NCBI GenBank assembly: GCA_043381765.1
Contig: JBHJMP010000080.1
Coordinates: 1-34,955, forward strand
Length of the DNA: 34,955 nt
Direction of reading: 5' to 3'
Origin: Collodictyon triciliatum
Lineage: Eukaryota
Made by a program: the position numbers and the translations under genes
Part shown: positions 28,055-34,955 of the stretch, one piece after another
Position numbering within the stretch: the first letter of the stretch is position 1
Layout of the letters: each line of letters begins with the position of its first letter
The notes under the pieces: generated by a model
What the model saw: only the letters and a program-made list of their open reading frames with translations
The model's database searches: none
Told to the model about the DNA's origin: nothing

Positions 28055-31000
28055 ACAACGAAGACACCTTGCTTGATTTTGTTCTCGATTCTTACGTCAG
28101 AGAAAGAAACGATGACAGGTCTAAACAGCCGGGATTCGCAAGCGAGGAGATGAAAGTTGTTTTGCAAACCATGTTAGCGAACTTTATTTCTTCACGATAT
28201 TTCATTCTATCCATGGGTCCAATTACCACATCCCTTTATACATTTTTTTGTACCAATTGATAATAGCAAGACAAGACAATAAACAATTCACGACAATTTG
28301 TTTCTTATCCAGAGACGAGATCAAATCGCTTGATATTCTCCTTATTTTGTATCACAAGAAGGAGTTTGATATCGTCCTAGTAAGCACACTTAGCATTTGC
28401 GAGCATGAAGCATTACCTTTTTTATAAAAAATTAATTACAATGTTGAAAGCCGACGTAAGATATGAAGTTCAAATCATGATTTTTCTTTTTCTTTTATTC
28501 TTGTATTCTTTTTCCTTTTTTTCCTTTTTTTCCTTTTTTTTCCTTTTTTTCCTTTTTTCCTTTTTCCTTTTTCCTTTTTCCTTTTTCCTTTTTCCTTTTT
28601 CCTTTTTCCTTTTTCCTTTTCTTTTCTTTTTCTTGCTCTCAAACCACAGGAAAATATGAACGAATTCGGGCTGTCTGATGATGTTCGTTCGGTAAGTAAT
28701 TTCCTTCAAGAATTGCTCCAAGGATAAAATACGTCCAATCGAAATTCAGAACCAAGATATTGGCCCAGCATATACATAAAAACATTTAGTGAAATACCTG
28801 ATAGTATGCAAATAGAAAAGGAAGAGAGAAATAAATCAAGAGGGAAAGAAAAAGTGAAGCCAGACTATACCAGAATGATTCACAATCCCCTTATGTTAAC
28901 TATATTTTCTCTCAAAAAATTCAGTGCTTTCTTGGATTCATTTGGGCTCATATGGGGAATATCGGTGCATTGGATGAATTTGAAAAAGTGAATGTATCTC
29001 GAAGTATGTTTATAGGAAGACCGTAGTGAAAATAACGGCAGTACACTGATTGACAACAAAATCACATTTCTTTGCTGTGCAATAAATTAATATATATATA
29101 TAACACAAACGCTAAATATTTATACTTACATAACTAGTTCCAAAGTATATTACATTTGGACTGAATTATCCTGAAAAACAAACGACCAGTGGTGATTACA
29201 CTCACCACTTTGCAAACAGCGTCTTACAAGCCCTTATCGATATGTCTACAAGATCAGGTTTATATTAATTTCACAAAAAAAATTTTAATTTTGAAGTCAA
29301 TGCTATGGAGAGCTGAATCTATGAGCCAATAACCCTAGTCTCCAAACCAATTCTTGTTTTTTTTTCTTTTATCCTGTGTCATTCTCGATCTTCGGGAATA
29401 TTTTGCAATTAAATAGGACACAAAGAAAAGATAGACCCTTCCAGAATATTCGATTTCGTGAAGCGAATATGCAGTGAGTATACGGAGGAAGATTATATGA
29501 TAGACATGTCACAGGTACATATGAATAGACGGAAAATTTTTTTATCGTATTTTCCCTTTTACCTGCCCCTAATTCTAGCCCATTTTTTTTTTGGAAGGAT
29601 TTTCTTTAACGTCAATTTTTAAGGTAATATCGCACCCAAAAAAATAACATTAGATATATGAGTTCCAAAAAAAAGCATTCAGATACTTTCTCAGCGTTGA
29701 ATCGTTTGACCACGCACTTGAAATCTTGGACAAAATATTTGCGTAGGATTGATTTACATGGCATGAGCATGCCCCCCGCACTCAGTTTTTCTCTTGATAA
29801 TTTTTTTTTTTTTAGAAAAAAACTCTTATCTATTTGAAATTAAATACGTAAACTGAGGTCAAAAAATTGATATAAATCCATGGATATATATATATGTTAA
29901 AAATTGGATGAATTCAATAGGCACTTCAGTATGAGGCGAATGGAATTGCTAGATTCTAATATCAATCCCCAAGAAGAATTCAGTGAGATGTTGGAAATTT
30001 TTGTGATTCGTGCAGTTACGCCAAGGGAAACACAATCACTACAATATCAGACAATAGGATTTCAAGTACTTAATGACATGCACTCTAATACTCCTTAATA
30101 ATATCAAGAAAATATTTTGAATAATCGAATGAACTTCAATAACATTAATAAATAAACAAAAAATCAAAGTCCCTAGGAAATTTGCATAGAAAATATTCGT
30201 ACTACGTGACGGATTCTCTTCTTCACTTAATTGCGAAGCTGAAAATCGAGCAGGTAAATTATTATTACTTTTTTTTTTTTTTTTTTTTTGCTTATCTCCT
30301 AAGAGCTACAGGATAACATTCGAGTCTTGCTCAATCCATCATTTCATCCCCTCGCTTGATTAAGTTGGTTGTGTGCAGTTTTTCTTATGAAGCTGAACAC
30401 GTACATCGTAGTGTGACATTTACTTCAAAGGACTCTACACACTGTTCTTGGGTGTAAAAGAGTATCGATTAGGTAAAGTTCTTCTAACTTTCCTCACGTG
30501 GACAATTTATTTGTTTATTTGTTTATTTGTTTATTTGTTTATTTGTTTATTTGTTTATTTGTTTATTTGTTTATTTTTTATTTTTTATTATTATTATTAT
30601 TACTATTACTATTACTATTACTATTACTATTACTATTACTATTACTATTACTATTACTATTACTATTACTATTATTATTGGGAACTTTACCTAGACAAAT
30701 AATTATATATATTAACAGTCAACTTTATTACCTATCTCTACGGATATTGTGTATAGCTGCATCAACCATCATCCACTTGGCTGAAAGAATAAATTATGAA
30801 TGCAAGCAAATGGATGAAAACACAATTGAAGTAATATGAATTTAATTATGTGACGGTAGTTTTTAGGACGAAAGATTTTTTTTTATTGGTTAATCATTCA
30901 ATACGAAGGTTAAAATACGCTATCATTGACAATTTTACATAAAGAATATAAAAATCACATACATTTGTCATGTTATAGAGTTTAAGAAACTGCTATCTGA

Positions 31001-32443
31001 CTGCCTTGACCTTGATGCAATTCAGCGGATGTGCATCCATAACATCGGCTTATGTTTATGCAGTATTATATCTATTCATTGTTGCGCGAAATATTTTATT
31101 GTCTAGTTTTCTTTCTTATTTTTTTAATATAAAAACAACAACCAAACTCACTGTTGCTTTAATAGAGTGCAGATAGCCCGTGGGCCACATACAAGGCAGC
31201 ATTACAGCCTTCCGGTAAGAGAGCATACAACAACAGTTCTTTTTTTTCCCTTACATTAGCATTTTTGCCGATTATTTTTTATTTTCCCTTTGCGCATTTT
31301 TATGCTCGTGTTATACAGCATCAGCACGAGACCGATTATTTTCTATGAAGGGGTTATGTGTGGAAACTAACAGTTTTATTCAAATTAGTCTCAGATACAA
31401 GGTTCTGTCGCTTCCCTGTTTATACGATGGATGACATAGAACAAAGATATAACATATTTAGTGCATACTGTGCCATAAGAAAGTGTGAGTAAATGATATC
31501 ATTCTCACCCTTTTTATTTACTACTTTTACTTATTGCTAGTACTAGTAATAGTAATAGTATTAACATCAATATATCACTATTGAATCCCCACAACGAACC
31601 CCTTTAGAAAATACACTCATTAAAAGGAAGAAGGTTTTCCCTTTTTCTTCAGCATTGACCATTCTCTAAAATTTAAATGCAAATATATGTAAAATATTAG
31701 GTCAGTCTGGCGACCATACAACAGAACCGACTGAGATCGTGCGTGAGCTAATAAGGCTCGGCGAAATCGGTCTGGCCTCTAGTGTTGCTGTAGATGACGA
31801 AGATCCTCACGGAGCCTTCTTTTTCTACCTCACATGCCTATACGTTGATATTCACAATGCAGATGATTTTTTGTAGGAATATTACTCTGGAAATACTTTT
31901 CATGTATACATATATAAATGTACACATGACGTAAAACGATTCTACATTGGACAATATTCGCTGTTTACAATTTCTCGGTTGCTCTTGATATTAATTGCAA
32001 ACTGTCGCACTCAGGAATGATAAGCCTCGACTTTTGAGTATCATCACATCGTACGACGCACCAACTTTACTGGAATCTTGTGCTAGGTAGGATTATATGT
32101 TGTAATATCAATTTTTAGAAAAAGCTGCATAATCACATTATTGAACATCTGACTGTATTATGCTGTGTTAATATTATATATATCTATACATTCCCTCTTC
32201 TTTTCATCTCTTTCGTGAATGGGGCACTTTCATCACTCAGCCGTTCGATGATTAAATTTACAGCATGTATATCTCATCTTATGTAGGCTGGTTACGAAAT
32301 ACTTGAGATTAATGAGCACATCCGAGGTCTCGCATCGCTATCACTTTGTTGTAAAGGACACACTGGAGGAACTGATCCATTCAAGCAATCATGAGATTTT
32401 GATCGACAAGACTCTGAGTAGTGAACTCTCTACAACACGCTGA
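28055..32443 (+). CDS. NUP160: Nucleoporin Nup160/Nup120-like, C-terminal helical part
   Basis: First exon follows CTAAC...TTAG and starts in phase 1 (xAC AAC GAA...). Peptides CFLGFIWAHMGNIGALDEFEK, YFKGLYTLFLGVKEYRLAASTIIHLAERI and RLVTKYLRLM...RYHFVVKDTL resemble remembered Nup160 C-terminal motifs (YYELLYAFHIYRHNYRKAG; WRLLSTYLERY...YHHCV); TGA 32441-32443. Not every middle exon was traced. Confidence 0.72.
28508..28632. repeat. (CCTTTTT)n pyrimidine tract, intronic
   Basis: Read directly. Confidence 0.9.
30506..30679. repeat. Compound (TTGTTTAT)n + (TAT/TACTAT)n intronic repeat
   Basis: Read directly. Confidence 0.92.
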
Positions 32444-33462
32444 GCGGGAGCCATCAACCAACGCCGACGGTCTGTTAAGCCTTTAAAAGTCTCAAAACAA
32501 AGTTGGAAGAAAAGGAAGCAGAATGAAATAAACATGATTTCCGCGAGGAACGAACGACTCGGCACAGTAAGCATCATATGCAACCCTGAATAAGGCCTGA
32601 TTCATTCCTTTTCATTTTCCAATCGTTCTTTCTGCTTCACAAACCCGTGCAGCTGCGGTGAATGCGCGCTCCGTGCGTAACATTGGGGATTGCGAAGAGT
32701 AGTTGTCTCATGGCAACAATGCTTTCCATGTATGCTTATAAAATAATTTTACGTCATATTTTACAGTCTGTGTCCAATTCTCTAATTTACATATGAATTA
32801 TGATCATATTTACTATAAATTCCAATTGTGTAAAATAAAAGAAATCAAAATTGTGGTATCGTGGTCATTTCCACTATGGCTACCCAATTGGGATGAAGCA
32901 ATCGCGCGAGGAAGGACAAAACACTATCCTAATACATGGTAATTTTTATAGAATATCACCCAAATTAATCATGATTTGTCTGAATTCGTTTGTTATGCGG
33001 CGCGTGCTGTTCATGCGCGCCTACTGTGGAATATGCCAAATTGGGTTTCTAGTGGAATCCTTCCTGCCAAGCCAAGTTTTTTTCTATAAGAATTCTTGGT
33101 GTGGCAATCGAAGGATAATGCGTATAATGTACATTTTTTTTCTGAAGCCATCCGTAGCAGCCACACCATTTTGTGCCTCAACATTTTGATTATTTTTTTC
33201 CTTTGAACCGGTGTGGCATTTGGAAATTGTCAAGACGTATGAGTTGGTTGGTTAGAACAAAACAATACAAAAGCAAACATATAAATAATAGAGCAGCGTT
33301 TGTTTTTCTTGGCGGCTACACAAATTCTCTGGAGCTTTCATCAGAACACACAGCTTCACGTCGAGCTTTAGAGACGATAGCAAACACCCACAGACATACA
33401 GATGCGAATCCAGTTGACAAGAATCGTGGAAGACTCAATAACAACCTAATACCCGAAGCTAG

Positions 33463-34077
33463 ATGGAGAAGACAAATACCAAAGGACGATCCAAGATGTG
33501 GACCAAGCAAGAAGATCACATCCTCGTTGCAACTGTGGGCCTTCTTCCCAAGTGCTGCTGGAAGCGAGTGTCACAGGTATAGGGCACAGAAAACAACCAC
33601 CTAACTCTCGCGACTGATAATAAACACCAGATAATCCATCATGTCAATGCGTCATTGCAGGCCCTTGGTGGACGACGCACGGCTGAACAATGCTGCCAGC
33701 GCTGGCACCGAGTTCTGAGTCCCAAGGTGCGAGAAGGCGTGTGGACAGCCGAAGAAGATGCGACTCTCATGACCGCAGTAGAGCGCTTGGGACTGCGTGC
33801 TTGGCGCTCTGTGGCAGAATGTCTCGCGCCTCGCTCCGAACTGCAGTGCCGTTTGCGCCACACGCAGCTTTCACGGCGAGCAAATCCTGTTTTCCACAAC
33901 CTCCCTTTCCCACTGAATTCTCACAGTCTTGCGTTGGGCACACCGTCCGCGTCCCATCGTAGCAGTGGCTACATCCCGCCCGAGCCCAAGCTTGAGTCTC
34001 CAACGCCGGCTCAAAGACACGGACTCTCGCACGTCGCATCCGATCCGCGAATGGCCATCTCTTCCCTTCTCAACTAA
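33463..34077 (+). CDS. Two-repeat (R2R3-like) Myb DNA-binding transcription factor, 2 exons
   Basis: Exons 33463-33576 and 33661-34077: WTKQEDHILV...WKRVSQ|ALGGRRTAEQCCQRWHRVLSPKVREGVWTAEEDATLMTAVERLG..AWRSVAECLAPRSELQCRLRH. An extra upstream exon is possible because the ATG follows TAG with CTAAT nearby. Confidence 0.9.
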
Positions 34078-34506
34078 CATTCACATTCCTGCACATGGCG
34101 GTTGTGTTCTCTTTTTTTTTCTTTCTTCATGGGAAGTGTCGAGCTAATACCATAGCGGAGAGCCTTAGCTAGCAATCCTTCCTTTTTTTTTTTTTTATCA
34201 TAGATATGTAGACTCAAAAATAAAAGAAATTAATAAAATCAATAAACCAAAATAAGAACGAGAGTAACATCAACTTTTCCAGGGTAATCCATGCGTGGTG
34301 TGCCTTGGTATGGAGTTAATCTTGTGTTATCATTACACGCGGTTGCCTCCACTGTTTGCAGTAAATGGACTATATACGATAGTTGTATATTTTATCTCAA
34401 CCAGGCTTCTCGGGCTAGTAATTCGACAAAAAGACCACCCGCAGCCCCATCTGGGCACGCATATATCATTATTGTGATTTTATTGCCAATGAAGTATTTA
34501 GGGAGT

Positions 34507-34723
34507 CTAGTAAACTCTTCTCCATGGTTCGCCTGCAGACGCAATCAAGATTAATGCGGGTTCGCTCTCTTCCTCTAATTTGCGCAGTCGGTCATGTAGT
34601 TTGGTTATGTCTTCCTCTATGGGTGTTCCTTGATCGATTAAGTAGCATTATTAAATTGTTTAAGCCTTAGGGGCTCTTGCTCTCATAAATCAGTCCGAGG
34701 TTGGTAAAATATATGGCATGAGT
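34507..34723 (-). CDS. Possible terminal exon of an unidentified minus-strand gene entering from the right
   Basis: Downstream of a minus-strand pyrimidine tract are AG-flanked open segments 34723-34667 (THAIYFTNLGLIYESKSP*) and 34628-34507 (TPIEEDITKLHDRLRKLEEES...*). No family recognised, and they cannot both be terminal. Confidence 0.25.
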
Positions 34724-34758
34724 CTAGAAAATTGTTCTCTGACATAGATACGACATTA

Positions 34759-34955
34759 AGAAAAGAAAAAAGAAAAAAGAAAAAAGAAAAAAGAAAAAAG
34801 AAAAAAGAAAAAAGAAAAAAGAAAAAAGAAAAAAGAAAAAAAAAAAAAAAAAAAAGAAAAAAGGAAAAAAGGAAAAAAGAAAAAAGAAAAGGAAAAAAGG
34901 AAAAAAGAAAAAGGAAAAAAGAAAAAGGAAAAAAGAAAAAAGGAAAAAAGAAAAA
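34759..34955. repeat. (GAAAAAA/GGAAAAA)n purine tract running off the window end
   Basis: Read directly. Confidence 0.95.

Noticed and set aside
27022-32443. One long TM9SF gene continuing past the gap
   Set aside because: The downstream exons show no TM9SF motifs or transmembrane runs, start in a different phase, and resemble the Nup160 C-terminus.
32702-32717. RFX X-box-like GTTGTCTCATGGCAAC
   Set aside because: Only one good half-site, and it is not next to the ciliary gene; likely chance.

Overview
AT-rich, intron-dense eukaryotic genomic DNA, probably from a flagellated protist (it carries IFT70/TTC30). It uses the standard code, has GT-AG introns full of microsatellites, and contains five assembly gaps. 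Hand-splicing gives these genes in order: 3' end of a TKL-group protein kinase (+); a prokaryote-like alpha/beta hydrolase (+, 5' end in a gap); a ~1,500-aa minus-strand protein joining a PHIP/BRWD-type cryptic Tudor (ARF-ancillary-like) module, through a long disordered linker, to about 10 Kelch repeats; a short prokaryote-like MsrA (-); Nup160/Nup120 (+) in two halves (15337-20403 and 28055-32443) that splice together in phase; between those halves, a block with 5'-truncated IFT70/TTC30 (+), complete RPB4 (-) and 3'-truncated TM9SF (+); and a two-repeat Myb factor (+). The top candidate for novelty is the cryptic-Tudor-Kelch architecture. Also notable are the interrupted Nup160 (most likely a scaffold misjoin at (TTTAC)n), two intron-containing HGT candidates, and an A-rich tract flanked by a 17-bp direct repeat that looks like a target-site duplication. 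All family assignments come from motif recognition by eye, not database searches.
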